A DNA stretch of 64,000 bases from Octopus vulgaris (GCA_951406725.2 OX597819.1:64728001-64792000); one strand, 5' to 3'. Shown: positions 1-14,461, counted from the stretch's first letter. The notes: generated by a model from the letters alone, not told the origin. Numbers and translations: made by a program.

Positions 1-175
1 CTTTGAAACCAAATCAGTTTTACATTGATGGGGTTAAAAAGTTTGTAAATAGACGGAAAGAAGTCATAGATAATCAGAAAAAGTACACTGATGATTAACT
101 TTCAATTAAATATAACGTTTGATAACTTGCTTTCTTTAATCAAAATTCAGACAGAACTTATGTGATGACCAGATA
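1..175 (+). mobile_element. Mariner transposon 3' end (transposase C-terminus and probable right TIR), cut by window edge
   Basis: Frame 3 reads LKPNQFYIDGVKKFVNRRKEVIDNQKKYTDD*, matching the mariner C-terminal pattern KPxxFYxxGIxxLxxRWxxVIxxxGxY. It is followed by a TIR-like end ...cagaacttatgtgatgaccaga-TA. Confidence 0.7.
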
Positions 176-424
176 TAAATTGAATTTCAAGATTAGAAGT
201 GATTTTTCATCAAGACAAATTTTTAGGCAGCCAACATACCTTCATCAGTTCCCAACTTAACCAGAATTAGAATAGGAGGAACAGGTTTACCATATCTGGA
301 TAACTGAGACTCAAATTCTTTACCATCTTCAAACAACAGAAAATTTATTTATTATTATAAAGTCACCCCCCCACTTAGTAGCAAGAGCTTTTTTCCTCTT
401 GTCTTTTGCCTTTCAAAGAACTTG

Positions 425-601
425 GGAACCGCACTAGCGCTAGTGGCATAAAGAAAGAACCCAGCACATACTACATAGTGGATGGTTGGCATTATGAAGG
501 GCATCCAACCGTAGAAACCAAGTCAAAGCTGACACTGGAGCTCAGCATAGCCCTGCAGCTTATCAGGTCCTGTTAAATGATCCAAACTATGCATCATCAT
601 T

Positions 602-642
<41 letters not shown>

Positions 643-910
643 TATCATCATCATTATCATTATCATCATTTAATGTCCATTTTCCATGCAAGTATTGGTT
701 GGGTGGTTTGACCGGAGCTGGCAAAGACCAGGATCCTCACCAGGTTCCATAGTCTATTTTGGTATGGTTATTACAGCTGGATACCCTTCCTAATGCCATC
801 CACTATACAGAGTTTCTGGGTAGTTTTTACATGCCACCAACACTAGTGCTTCTTTTTATATGGCACCAGCGCCAGGCATAGAAATTGGTCATTAAATTAT
901 CTGATGATGA
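425..910 (+). mobile_element. SINE-like retroposon with (GAT)n tail (family F), split by an antisense copy of the same family at ~593-870
   Basis: Core ggttggcattatgaagggcatccaaccgtagaaacc lies at ~484-520. Its reverse complement (gctggatacccttcctaatgccatccact) lies at ~776-805. The + copy stops at ~592 and resumes at ~872 (gcatagaaattggtcattaaa..gatgatga). Confidence 0.65.
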
Positions 911-1699
911 CTGCACCACACAAATGATTGTAACAATATTAATAAAAGTTTAAAAGTAAAAGCAGCCCAATCTAGCACAATATTCAAGTTACCTTATAGC
1001 TTCTTGATAAGCCCTAAAGGGTTCACTCAAAATATTTACTCAAAATGATTCGTTCTACCCGAGGTTATAGCAGAAGACACTTGCCCAACGTGCCAGACAA
1101 TTTAGTGCGCCATTTTGTATTCCATAGATTGTTACCTTCTATTTTTCCCTCTTATTTTTGACATGGACTGTTGTAATACGTTACTGAACATGACTGAATT
1201 TTCTCTATTTAATCGCTCCGAAAAATGAAAGGCACAGTTGACATCGATGTTAATTGAAGTATGAAACTAAAAGAAATAAAGGTGAACCTAATTACAGTTA
1301 TTTGAACTTAGAACTTTGTGAGTCGACACACTTTGCAATAATTTCTATAGTGTTTCGCTGTAAGAATGGTTTTATCATCCGTTATATTTAATCTATTTTT
1401 TTCGTGAAATAGTAATATTTTTAATATTGGCTGCAAGCCTGTGATTGTCAGGTTTGGGAAGTATCTTTTTATTTTATAAACATATACACATATTCATAAA
1501 AAAATTATGCATATATACGTACCTTCGTATGTATGTATGAATGAATGTATGCATGTATTGAGAGACAAGAAAAGGGAAAAGGATAGCGTGATGATGGGGG
1601 GATGGAAAACTAAAACGACAGTGAGAAGAGAGTTTGTGTGCGAGGTTTAATCTAAAAGGAAGGACTGCACAAGCAAATGTGTAATAAAGCAGGCAAGAT

Positions 1700-1950
1700 G
1701 AGAGAGATAGAGAAACAAAGAGAGAGAGAGGCGGGAGAGAGAGAAGATGAAGAGAGAGAGGATGAAGGAAAAGAATAAGAAGGGAGAGAGAGAGGATGAA
1801 GGAAAAGAATAAGGAAACGACGACGAAGAAGAAGAAGAAGAAGAAGAAGAAGAAGAAGAAGAAGAAGAAGAAGAAGAAGAAGAAGAAGAAGATGAGAGGA
1901 GAAGAAGAAAAAATAATAATAAGAAGATAATGATGATGATGATGATGATG
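1700..1950. repeat. Polypurine tract with (GA)n, (GAA)n, (GAT)n
   Basis: Directly visible; includes a duplicated gagagagaggatgaaggaaaagaataag unit. It explains the 105-aa poly-Leu ORF. Confidence 0.95.
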
Positions 1951-2039
1951 AAATCAAATTTATTGGCATGAGAAGAGCAAAATGTGCTTAGGTCATGTAA
2001 AAAAGAAAAAAACAGTTATTGTTTTAGAGTTTTATACAT

Positions 2040-2200
2040 AGTCGCTAGAGTTGACCACAGCCGCTTTGAATAGGGGAGTGGTGGGCAGTTAAATGGCATC
2101 TTGTTGTAGCTTGTTCCACGAGGCTACGATACAGACGGAGAATGCAGCCTTCCGCCCGTTGAGTCGAAAGTGTTGGGGATAGAGTTTGCTATCATTCCCA
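2040..2200 (-). mobile_element. CR1/L2-group LINE ORF2 C-terminal relic
   Basis: Minus strand reads GNDSKLYPQHFRLNGRKAAFSVCIVASWNKL...LFKAA, resembling the CR1 end RGHxxKL..R.xFFSxRVVxxWNxLP...FK. Confidence 0.6.
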
Positions 2201-2361
2201 CGATAATGATGATGACGATCACGATGACAATGAAATTGTTTGTGTGTGTTTGTATGTTTATGCACGGTGATAAGTATTTAGAGAAAGTGCGAGGAAAGAT
2301 ATAATCGGTTGTAAGCTTACACTTTCTTTACTTTCCACTCAACAACAATAGAAACACACAA

Positions 2362-2393
<32 letters not shown>

Positions 2394-3137
2394 AAAAAAA
2401 AAACACTTTTGTAAGCAATATAATGTAGTATTAGATAATTTCAGTGAAATAATTTACTTTAAAGTAATGGAACGCATCGATTTTAGAAGTATGAGGTATA
2501 TAATTATATTTATATTTTCATTTTTTCAACATTCTTCATTCATTCTGTCCGTCATTTTGAATATCTCAGTTAATTTTTGCAATAAATATATTTGCACGCA
2601 AGCCATTATTATTCTAGTAAAAATACACATACATGTACTAATAATATTCAATAATATTCGTGAAGATTCTTATTTGACTTATTTTTTTAGTTATGAGAGA
2701 AAAAATAATGTCTAGATTTAGGGTTATTTTTTTCTGGGTAACTATTGCTTTGCTGAACAAAAAGTTATTGGTAAAGGAGAGTATTTTGTGTGAATAACTT
2801 CACATTCCCCGAGGAAATTAATGACAAATTTGACACGTTGTTATTACAAATGTCTTTATATAAATAATGTTTTGTTTATTTAATTTTCTATGCTCTCTAA
2901 ATAATCGTCTCTCTGAAAATAAAAATAGTTAACAAACGATAAACTCCTGACTAGGCAAATTTTTATAATCGAATCTTACTAACTGCTTTGTGTCCAGGCT
3001 ACACTTTCGCATATGTATCAGTAATAACCTTTAAGAAATTATTTTTTTAAACTTGAAATTAATCACTCGCAATGATACACCCACACATAGATATATCGGA
3101 ACACTGCGTATATTTAGAGTGCAGAGACTGGTGTACG

Positions 3138-3184
<47 letters not shown>

Positions 3185-3316
3185 CACACACACACGCATA
3201 CAAACACACACAAACATATCGCCATAGATGTTTTGGTATGAAGATATTTATACTTGCATCTTTACTGTCTTTGCCATAGCTACAAAATATAGTTAGCTAT
3301 ATTATAGATAGTGCTT

Positions 3317-3372
<56 letters not shown>

Positions 3373-3374
<2 letters not shown>

Positions 3375-3682
3375 ATTTCGTAACGTAGCAATATTTCAGA
3401 AGAGGTGAAAAATAAAGATGTTATGCCAGTCCTCGTTTAGGACGAATGTTGCAGTAATTTAGCTCCAGTATACATCGTGTCCAGCTGGCTATACAAGACG
3501 ATCTCTGTCGTTATATTTTCGGAAATAAAAGGACACAGATCGTATCCTATAGACAGTTCGAGATGATGTCTCCTGGGGATAAATTACAGCAACATTCGTC
3601 TTAAACCGGGGCCGCCATGTTATGCTTGCAAACAATCTTTACTCCAAAGTACTATTGATGAATATCTATCGTTATGCGATTT
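3373..3682. mobile_element. Foldback MITE (family H1), copy 1
   Basis: Arms tttaggacgaatgttgcagtaatttagctccag / ctggggataaattacagcaacattcgtcttaaa are reverse complements. A second copy lies at 61971-62260. Confidence 0.8.
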
Positions 3683-4311
3683 ACAATCAGGTGAAAAATA
3701 ATTGCTTTATTTCAGATATGTCGTATTTTGTTAACATTCATTGTCATAGTATGTTTTAATTTTGTTATCAGTGAAATTCATTTACTTTTTAGTCACCTTT
3801 GTCATATATGTAATGTATATACACCACTAAAAGTCACGGTGGTATGGTTTATGCCGAGAGAAAATCTCTTGAGTGACATGTTCTAGTAAATACATAATAC
3901 ATATATCGGAGCGAGGTGAAGATCTTCTCAGCAATAGTTCACGAGAAAGGCAGACAATTTTATACCTTCTTTGACCTCGTCAATGATGTGTAAACGCTTC
4001 ATGAGTGCATGTCTAAACGAAATGTATATAACGTATGCACTGATATTGCGGTAAGCTTTGGTTTTTAAATAAAACCCAATATTCTTGTGGGTATTAAAAC
4101 ATTTTCACAAAAATAAAATAAAACACACTAAGGACGAGAGTGGAATATTATTACACTGATATTTACCAAATACTGATGACAAACATAAAATTACACGATG
4201 TGCTTAACCAGTTATCTAACAATGTTAAAGAGTATAAAAACGCACATAAATTCTCCTATTTCCAAATATAATGTGTAGAAAATGTTATGCTTTCTTTCTG
4301 TATGACATAGC

Positions 4312-4888
4312 TATTGATTTGTCCGGAAATTCCGTGCCGATTTTTAAAGGAAAGGAAAAGGTCAATAAATACTAGCCATTACGTTTTAAATCAACCAAAT
4401 ATGAACCATTTTGTTGTACAATGTGTTACCATCTTTCCTTTAACTGAAATATCCTCTTCCAAGAAGTGAGGGGGTTTCATGGCAAAGAATTCATCAAGGT
4501 ATCTTTTTACGTCATCCAAGGAATTGAAATTTTTACCATTAAGACTATTCTGCAGAGACCTGAATAAGTGGAAATCCGAAGAAACAATATCTGGTGAATA
4601 TGGAGGGTGGGGTAACACATCCCAGCCGAGCTGCAGCTATTTTTGTCTGGTTCCCAAATAATCAAGTGCCGAAAATGAACTTTGTTATGTGCGTTTTTAA
4701 CCCATTTTAATGGGTTACAGAATTAACACAGGTTATAAGAACATAAACCTTCTTCGACGAAAAATAGCTTAAACTTTGCTATAAATGGAGGTGTAGTCAA
4801 ATACTATTTTATGGACTCAACCATGTTCTAAAATAAGTCGAAAGGTAATCTACTATAAATCAGCACTAACTTTCCCGACAAACCAGTA
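4312..4888 (-). mobile_element. Internally deleted mariner (DD34D) element with both TIRs
   Basis: TIRs tattgatttgtccggaaattccgtgccgattt / aaatcagcactaactttcccgacaaaccagta. Transposase relic LGWDVLPHPPYSPDIVSSDFHLFRSLQNSLNGKNF (YSPDLAPSD motif) at 4391-4660. Confidence 0.9.
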
Positions 4889-6407
4889 CTAGAAAGAATG
4901 GCATTTATCTGAAATTACATGCCTCACGTTTCTGATGCTAGAAATCCTGCTGAAACATTCGTTTAAAGTTGTTGCATGTCCTAATGTTAGGCACGGACTC
5001 TTTTAGAAACTTATAGTTCGACCGACAGATACCAAAAAAAAAAAAAATCAGAAACAAAAACTAGAAAATATTTCAGATTTTACATGTATGGTCATATGCA
5101 TTCAATATATGCTTTATTTCATTAGATATCAAAATAATAGCACCATGCGCAGCTAAGTCATCATACAGAAAAAAATCATCACTTTGCTGTTTTTATAACG
5201 AACATGCTGTTGTGGTACATCCTGAAACCCCTGCGAGTTAGCAAGTGTACTGTTCTAAACCTTATAAAGGCGCATGTGTATTGACAGTGCGAGGAACAGT
5301 GCAGTATGTGCACCTGCATTTGTGAAGGCAGTCGTAGAAGTCGTTGAGAAAATATATAAGTTCGTTGCGTGTTTGTTACTAATTTACATGTTTGTAGTGT
5401 TAAAACACTGTTACACTGTTGCAAGGATAAATGGTATGCCATTTCTTCTTTTCTACTTGAAAAACTACATGAGGTGTTTCTTTTTCGTTGGCTTGAAAAT
5501 ATTTCTGCAACTTTGTAATATGACATGATCCACGATAAGTGAGTAACTCTGTTCCAAACTACAAGAGAGAAATGCTATTCCCAGAAGCGTAGACATTTAT
5601 ATCAAGCCAAGTCTTTGTAGTGAATTTGTAGATGTGTTTGGCTAATATAGTGATGACGAGCGCTCAGTGATCAGCCCTAATCGAGGAAATATTTCCTCAA
5701 ATAAGAAAGTCAAATTTATTTATTCAGATACACTAAAGTTGGTAGTTCATTTTACAATGCATTCTGTGTTTTTTTTAATGATCTGACGTAATTTAAATAA
5801 GTTCTGGGTTTATTTGAACTGACTCTGGAATTTTATAGATCTTCTTCACTCGCTCTGTGTGTGTGTATGTGTGTGTGTGTCTGTGTGTGTGTGTGTGTGA
5901 GTGTGTGCCTGTGTTGTGTGTGATAGCAATGATTATTCGGAAGGTCATGGTTTAACAACGGATCAAAGCTGGTTGAAGAAATACATGACCAAAATTACAA
6001 CTATCAACCATTCATTCCTATAGAGAATGCATAACTGGAAACTACATCGTTTAAGTGCATGTCTAACTCAAGCGAGAAAGGTGTGAATTGAGGGAGTTTC
6101 GGACAATAATTCTAGAATATACAGTGTATATATGGTCTTGTATTGGTTCTCCTCAAACCGGTTTTTATAGTGTTGGTGTCAAGGAAATGGTCAATCGCAG
6201 TGAAGTTAATGGAAAACTGACACCTAAGCGTGTACAATCTGCGTAAATTTGTCTGGCTGTAAACCTCTCCTCTAAAATTTCCTAAATCTGTCACGATCAG
6301 TCGTTTCAATATTATTGCTAAGTTTACAGATATGAGGAACAATAGCATGATATGTAACAATATATATTTGTACAGGCAATTACATACATAGACACAATTA
6401 TATAGAC

Positions 6408-6454
<47 letters not shown>

Positions 6455-6493
6455 AATGTATGTAGGTTTATGATGTATGTATATGGTATATAT

Positions 6494-6529
<36 letters not shown>

Positions 6530-6761
6530 GCACCATTACGCATACAGTGGTATACCACGTACACGTACAAGCAGACATTCACACATGCGCAGCGAGAAAG
6601 AAGAGGAGAAACGATGAGAGACAGTCTCATTTATCCGCTCATACATGTGCATTTAGCTTATTTCTGAGAGTGTATGTTTGGGTGAATAGTACATATTTGC
6701 CTTGTTAAATGCACCACTAAGAAGCATATATGTGTGTGTGTCTGCTGTATGTACATACACA

Positions 6762-6800
<39 letters not shown>

Positions 6801-6945
6801 GAACGCGTGTAAACCCTTATGCATATATATATATTTATATTCATACAAGGAGCAACTATAACCACATATTTCTAAGTGCATGTAAGTACATACCTACATG
6901 TAAGAATACAAACACTTGTGTATATATGAGACTGTGTGTTTATCA

Positions 6946-7007
<62 letters not shown>

Positions 7008-8920
7008 GTGTGTGTGTATGTGTAAATGTATATCTGTGTGAGAAAATGTGGTATGAATGTGTTTCCTGTGTGAATATATTTGTGTTCAGCTGTGTACAAT
7101 TTTGTACTATATAAAATATGTGTATATGTATGTATATATATGTATATGTATATGCAAGTAATGTAATATTACATATAGAGATATTTGCATGTGCGTATAC
7201 TCATAAGCATACCTACAGTCATAAATAATAGTCATGGCATAAACGTCAATGAAAGCTTTTAACATGAACTTCTGAGAAAGTTTCGCAGTATGTGAATTGA
7301 GGCCAATATGATTTTAGTCTGATTGTTATAAAGGTACCTGTCAACAGAACATTCTATTTCCGGTATGACCTTCCGACATCGCAATAGAAAATGGCTGCTT
7401 TGATTTCACAGCTTAAGTGTATAAACGCATTGGTGAATACTTAATATTAGTATGTTGTATGAATACATACACTATTGCAAATACAAACCGGCCGTTGTGC
7501 TATCCTGTAATATGTATCTCTATACACAAACACAGAAATATACACACACAGACACACGCACACACACACACACACGTGCACACACACACACTCACACACA
7601 CACACACAAACAGAAGCATACATATAAACGCAAACTTTTACACGCCCCATCATACGCAAGTTGCGCGTATGTGCGTACACACACGTCTGTAAGAGAATTT
7701 GTTTTAATACATATTTCTGAGTTAGAATATGTATATACATAAATTTAAGTTATAATATTGTCTGTAAACATATTTTATTACCTCGCAGCGGAGAAGTAAA
7801 CAAATCGTGCCCGAAATGTTTTTGCAGCTCACTGCCCCATTCTTCCTGATTGTCTGCCTCTGTCTCCGTCAGCTTGTCTGTCTTGCCTGGCTCTCTGCTT
7901 CGCTCCCCTCCCTCCCTGTCTGTCTGTATGGCCTGTCACTCGCCTTCTCTCCCCTCCCTGTCTCTCCCTCACTCTTTCTTTTCCTCACCAAGCGGAAACA
8001 TTTCGCTCACGTATCTGACCCTTCATGAGATATGAATTATCTACGTTGTCTCTTTCAAAATATTAGAGGCACAAAGATTAGAGGCCGTTTATACTCATTG
8101 CTGACTATGGCGTAACAAGACGCGCCAATCTAATACGTGTACACTCGCTTACACGAATGTCCTGCATTAATTAACCCAATCATAACCCGTTATTTATGCA
8201 CTACCCTAATTATCAATCTTACAATTTTATTCTGAGATAATAATTCAAAGTGACCAAATCAGGAGAATTCTGTCCATATGAGCACAAATAAAATGGGTTT
8301 ATTCACAGTATTGTCGATAGTTGTTAAATAATTGTCCGAGAAGTAATATCCCTTTCTTTGGCTAAGTAGTTAAAAATGAACGATTATGTAAAACTAGCTT
8401 AAATGTTGCACTCCGTGCGGACTTTTAGAGTGCCTTTTGTGGAAGGCTAACTGGGAGCGCGGCCCGCAACTAATACCTTAATAGCATAAATATAATGCTT
8501 CTATAACGAATATATGCCCCGCTGGTGTGTGATTAGAAATTAAGGACGCATGAGAATTAATTGTGGAATGCAATCATTCTACTGTTCCAGTTCCGAATTA
8601 CATTCCAACTGCTGGCCAATTTGTCCCAATGATATTACCTTGACGTAAAATTAAAGAGGGATGCTTTTAGTTTTCAGTCAGGTTATCTTTCCCGTGGAGT
8701 ATATGTAATAACCAGTTCCAGATCCATTTCAAGGAAGTAACACAATTTTTTTTCTTAAAATAGCCCTAGCATGATAAAAAGAAAATCAACTGTTTGGAAT
8801 TTTTTCGATAGGAAAAACAAAGATGAATCTCAATGCAATAAGTGTGATAAGATCATAAAGTCTTCTGGAGGATCTCTCTAATTTTGTCTCAGAGAGATAT
8901 AAGCAGTGATGGTACGATAG

Positions 8921-9373
8921 AGTAGTTGCATACTGTCAACTTAATGTGACAGTCCCATGAAGGAAATCACACCACCGTTATTTAGCCTTAGGAAGCATCA
9001 ACTCTTCCTGCCGGCCTTGACACATTTTCTGTGTTCTTATGTTTATCTCTCTGAGATATTTAGAAATGTAACATTTCTATTTTTGTAATCAGTGGATTTA
9101 TTTCACTAGAATTATTATATTATTTACGAGGCCTAGACAAGCATCTGCAGCTAGCAAGCCATGCTACTCCAGACTGATGTCGAGCAAGAATCAGAAACTA
9201 GTCTCTGGATGCAGGCTTAGCTGGGTGTGGGTGCTTATCTCTCCCTTGTAAACATAAGGACACAGGAAATGTGTCAAGGCCGACAGGAAGCGTTGTTGCT
9301 TCCTAGTGCTAAATAGCGGTGGTGTGATTCCCTACATGGGACTGTCACATTAATTTAACAGTATAGAACTACT
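8921..9373. mobile_element. MITE with ~135-bp terminal inverted repeats (family H2)
   Basis: 8921-9058 (agtagttgcatactg...gtgacagtcccatg...ggccttgacacattt...) is the reverse complement of ~9236-9373, with a ~180-bp spacer. Confidence 0.85.
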
Positions 9374-10829
9374 ATATGTATATATATATATGTGTTTCCG
9401 CGTGTATGTAAGTGTTTATTGTAACACCTTTCATTTCAATTTTTTAGTCAACCTAATGTGGAAATGTTGAAATATCAACATGACAGTTTCTGCAGGCCTG
9501 TGATCAATACAATTGCATTGGTTTAGTTCCAATTTCCTTCATTCGTTGTTTCGTTCTATTACGATATGTGTAATTCAGTTATTTGCATTTTAAAATATTT
9601 CTTGGCATTCTACATCACGTTTTCGAAAAACATTTTAATGTACTTATGCCATTTCTCTGCACTTGAACATTGAAGTGAGTTGAGCCATTTAAACCAAAGT
9701 TCTTATGACATCTTGTTCTGATTAGGAAACGAAAAAGCAGAATTTGTAATCCATGCAGTCATTATACGAATTTTCTTTCAGGATTTTCGATATAAACAAT
9801 GATAAATTTTGTACCAATATTTCTATTACATCCCATTATGTATACGTTTGCGCCATTCTTTTTGAATCTCTCAGGAATATAGCTTCAATCCATCAGCACT
9901 CTATGAAACATGTTAACTGGTTGAGAAAATCAACATTATTTCATATACTTTCCAGTGCAACATAATCAATAGTATTATAAAACAAACGTAGTTTGAGGCG
10001 TCGGACGACTTTTGTAGTAAAATTCACCCTGTACCTCAGTACCACTTCATAAATAATGACGTGACAATAATTACTTGTCCGCTTACAATGTGTGTGTGTG
10101 TGAGTGTGTATGACGTCTGCGTTAGTTCTATTACTACCGCAAACTCCCTTATGTTTGAGTCTTATGTACATACGTTAGTTTAAATAAAACCCATTTTTGA
10201 AGTTCTCCAATATTTAAACCATTAAGCGAAAGTTTCATATGTCTTTCCCAATTCAGTCAGAATAAATTTTTGAAAATGTTATGGAATTCATTCCCAATCT
10301 TTGTATTCATAACATTATACTATCCAATTCAATTTATTCTTATATAAAATGTGAAATATTATTCTATATTTACGCAACCATTTCTTTATAAATACATTTC
10401 TTTAAAATAACAAGGAGACATGATTATATAATGTTATATTTCTACCATGTACCTCTTATATTTCAGGTGTTGTTTCGTGAGATATATGCTGCTATAAAAC
10501 AAATAATTATTCATCAAATGTAATCGCATTTGGCATAATCATCTGCATTGCATGACATTTAAATTATTTTTCTCATAGCGAAACAAATAAATTTGTTGTA
10601 AAAATAAATAATTATATACTAAGAAGGACCTATGCTTACACACACGCACAAGTGTCATATATTGTCATACATACACTATCATTTTATATATATATATATA
10701 TATACATATGTATATGTTTGCATGTATATTTAACTTATATACATACATTTTATGTAATATATATCTAATACTTAATTCAAGTGAAATTCCAAACGGAACT
10801 TTGAAATCAAATTGCAAGTTCACGATACT

Positions 10830-10919
<90 letters not shown>

Positions 10920-11751
10920 TATATATATGTGTGTGTGTGTGTGTATAAATATAAGTATATTGATAGGAAGATAGACATATTGATAGATACATATGTACAT
11001 ACATACAAAAATGCATAGATAAATATATATATATATATACATACACACACAGACGAACAAATATACACAAATAAGTGAATATATATATATATATGTAGAC
11101 GGAGAGAGAGAGAGAGTGTGTGTATGTATCTCAACGACTATTGAATACACTATTCTTTTAGAAAGAATATGTAAGTACATGTGTGGAAATCGAACGGATG
11201 AGTGAGTTAAACAATGCACGTAAAGAGAATTACTCCTCGCAGACAACAATATATACGATTTAAAAGTCATCTTAATATATTTAGTACTTCAAAAGATTTC
11301 ATTATTTGTTACGTAATTTTATAGACTATCCGAATATGCGAATTGGCATGTGTATATATTTTAATTACCCCATCTTATTTTCACAAACACGAATAGTCAT
11401 ACAAATTATGTTCATCATGTTCATCAGTCATTTTTATAATATGGAATCAAAAGCTTTACTTCGACTATGCCTGTGTGAGTTACAAATATTGTAATATGTG
11501 GAGTCATATTTTTTTAGTGAAAAGAAATAACAATCTTTTGGCTGTTACTTCTAGATTTTCGGTATGTTGTGTAGCAACGTGTTGCTAAACCCTTAGTTAT
11601 AGTTATAATTATAATTATATATATGCATATATATATATATATATATATATATCAATATAGGGTGGCAAAAAAAAAATTTTGTAGAATTCTTTTGCCTCCA
11701 GCGGCCTAGTGGGAAAAAATTAAATAGTCATAAACCATTTTTACGTTCAAC

Positions 11752-11981
11752 ATCACAATCAAGGAACGGCCATAATATGCCATTCACCCACTAGAAATAA
11801 CAGCCAAAAGCTTTAACCGCAAAATAACATTAATACCGTAAACCAGGAGAAAATTGAAAAACTTTTACCCTAAAAGTTTTTCAATTTTCTCCTGGTTTAC
11901 GGTATTAATGTTATTTTGCGGTTAAAGCTTTTGGCTGTTATTTCTAGTGGGTGAATGGCCTATTATGGCCGTTCCTTGATT

Positions 11982-11986
<5 letters not shown>
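11752..11986. repeat. Near-perfect palindrome, 116-bp arms with 3-nt loop
   Basis: 11752-11867 vs 11871-11986 are reverse complements with one mismatch seen. The loop is ccc and (TA)n follows immediately. Confidence 0.95.
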
Positions 11987-12031
<45 letters not shown>

Positions 12032-12309
12032 TTTTTGTATAAGTTTTTACCGAATATCGAAAGGACTAGCAGTCGACCAACGGTCACGTGAGAAGAGAAG
12101 ATTGATAAAAACGTGTAACAAGTCCTTTTGCGTTGGACCACGGTCACTGTCACATCGAGTTTTTCCTCTGCCGTAAGGCTTAATTCCCAACACGCCAGCT
12201 GAATTCAATTCGTCTCCAGTCGAGAGACGCCTGTTGTTATGTCCTGTTATTATTAATAATATGTTGTTTTTTGTATAATTTTTTTATTTATATTCGTATA
12301 ACATCGTCC

Positions 12310-12640
12310 AGTTTAATCACCTTTTCTGTGGCCATTCTTATGCGATCGGCTTTTGGCTATGGGTGGAGTTCAACACCGCTGTCTTTCTTAGTATCTTTCG
12401 TGATATAGGTTCATTTGTGACGTTGAAAACTACTATACTTACTGTACGAAGATCCTTCAGATGTTTTCGCAAGGCATTAAATAGCTGTGAGCCGATGAGT
12501 TTTAAGTATATGGTCCTTAGTGTAAATGGTATAGCTGAGATATTTGGAGTAGTACAATGACGTCCTGTCTGGGGGTTAGTATAGTTTTTCATGCCAAACT
12601 TTGGTGCCAAATCCTCTTGGATTCTCCATATGTATGTCAC
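12310..12640 (-). mobile_element. CR1-like LINE ORF2 3' relic
   Basis: ORF YIWRIQEDLAPKFG..TGRHCTTP..GSQLFNALRKHLKDL..NEP..KTAVLNS resembles CR1-group C-termini (YxWKIxEGLxPNxG..GPxLFNxLP..DEP..RAAxSNS). The tail contains atggccacag. Confidence 0.7.
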
Positions 12641-13323
12641 TGCATACCTTTGTCATCGTGGATTCAGGACGTAGAGTCAGAACTCGTTCACTCTTTCCCA
12701 GCGGATCAATTGTTCCACTGATGCTGTCTTCCTGGTCTAGCATTGCTGAACTGCTCCATGTTCCACTATTTATTAGACAGAGTTGAAAGCATCATTTACT
12801 AGTTCCTTGTTCTAAAGCTTCTTAGAACCCATCAGGCTATTTACTTGCACATTGTCACCATCTTGATGATATGCACCTGAAACGATGTGTCATTGCTCAT
12901 ATCAACGCATCTTGTATCTCCCTCTGTGAATGCCGCTTCTGTTCGTCCAAGAGTATCGCTTTGAGAAACAGGAGCACTAAATAGTTGATAGTGACGTGCT
13001 TGGAAATTAATTGCATTGAATTGGATGTTCCTTTCTTGAGCCCATCGATATATGGCATGTCTGTTTTTTTCGAGAATGTTAGCTTCGGAAGATTTCTTGA
13101 CTGCTAGTAAGTGAAGCTACTATAAAAAACAACCACCATAAACAGATACATATGAGAATATATGTGTGTGTTTGTATGTACTAGTGTGTGTGTATTTACA
13201 CACACACACATATATATATACATATATTTATTATATGCATATTTATCTAACGTTCTGTATATCTGTCGATCTCTCTGTCCACACCACACCTGCTTTTGCA
13301 TCAATCTCTCTCAGTACTTATGT

Positions 13324-13368
<45 letters not shown>

Positions 13369-13414
13369 AATATGTACATATATATGTGCATGTGTGAATG
13401 TGTATCTCTCTCTC

Positions 13415-13469
<55 letters not shown>

Positions 13470-13470
<1 letters not shown>

Positions 13471-13840
13471 GGAGTGGCTGTGTGGTAAGTAGCTTGGCGA
13501 CTTGGGCAAGTGTCTTCTACTATAGCCTCGGTTCAACCAAAACCTTGTGAGTGGATTTGGTAGACGGAAACTGGAAGAAGCCCGTCGTATATATGTATAT
13601 ATGTATGTATATGTATATGTGTGTGTATGTTTGTATGTCTGTGTTTGTCCCCCCAACATCGCTTGACAACCGGTGCTGGTGTGTTTATGTCCCCGTAACT
13701 TAGCGGTTCGGCAAAAGAGACCGATAGAATAAGTACTAGGCTTACAAAGAATAAGTTCTGGGGTCGATTTGCTCGACTAAACGTGGTGCTCCAGCATGGC
13801 CGCTGTCAAATGACTGAAACAAGTAAAAGAACAAAGAACA
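13470..13840 (+). mobile_element. tRNA-derived SINE (family B) with CORE-like segment; head internally deleted
   Basis: A-box-like head gtggctgtgtggt, CORE-like cttgggcaagtgtctt, internal (TG/TA)n, and tail ggtgctccagcatggccgctgtcaaatgactgaaac followed by (AAAGA)n. A small antisense fragment lies at ~1058-1095. Confidence 0.8.
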
Positions 13841-14397
13841 AAGATATATATACACACGTACACATGTTAAATCAGAGATTTATCTATGTGTTTTCTTCCT
13901 CTACACATACACACACACACAAACACACTGTCGCGCACACATTATCAATGATCTTTGAGTATACTTTAGTAGCCACCTGTTGCTATGTGTGCTAAAATGT
14001 AGCTATCGATTCTTTTATGAGCTGTGTCTATGAAATGACGTCCTCTATATCTATTACATAACATATTTGAAATGGAAACGGACCATCGTAATTCGACATT
14101 TCATTTAATGCATTCTTAAGGAAGTTCAATTAATGGAATTTTGCTTATGACCTTCTAATGTTAGGATGATGTCTCTTTCATGCTTCACATTATTCTTGAT
14201 TGTTATAAATACAATTTTTAACCTTCAAATTCTGTCGCGCGATTTTTCCTTATTATTTGGTTGATGTCGAAGATTTCAGAAATTCGTAATATAAATTAGG
14301 TTCTAGAATGGAAAAAAAACCCTTGAAATGAACTCATATATGTATGCGTGGGAAATACTCAATTTTTCTCACGGGAAACGTGAGGACCCTCATCACG

Positions 14398-14461
<64 letters not shown>

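Noticed and set aside
5179-5528. Overlapping 115-aa and 84-aa ORFs; faint piggyBac cysteine-rich-tail resemblance on the minus strand
   Set aside because: The motif needs several frameshifts and no clear TTAA/TIR was found.
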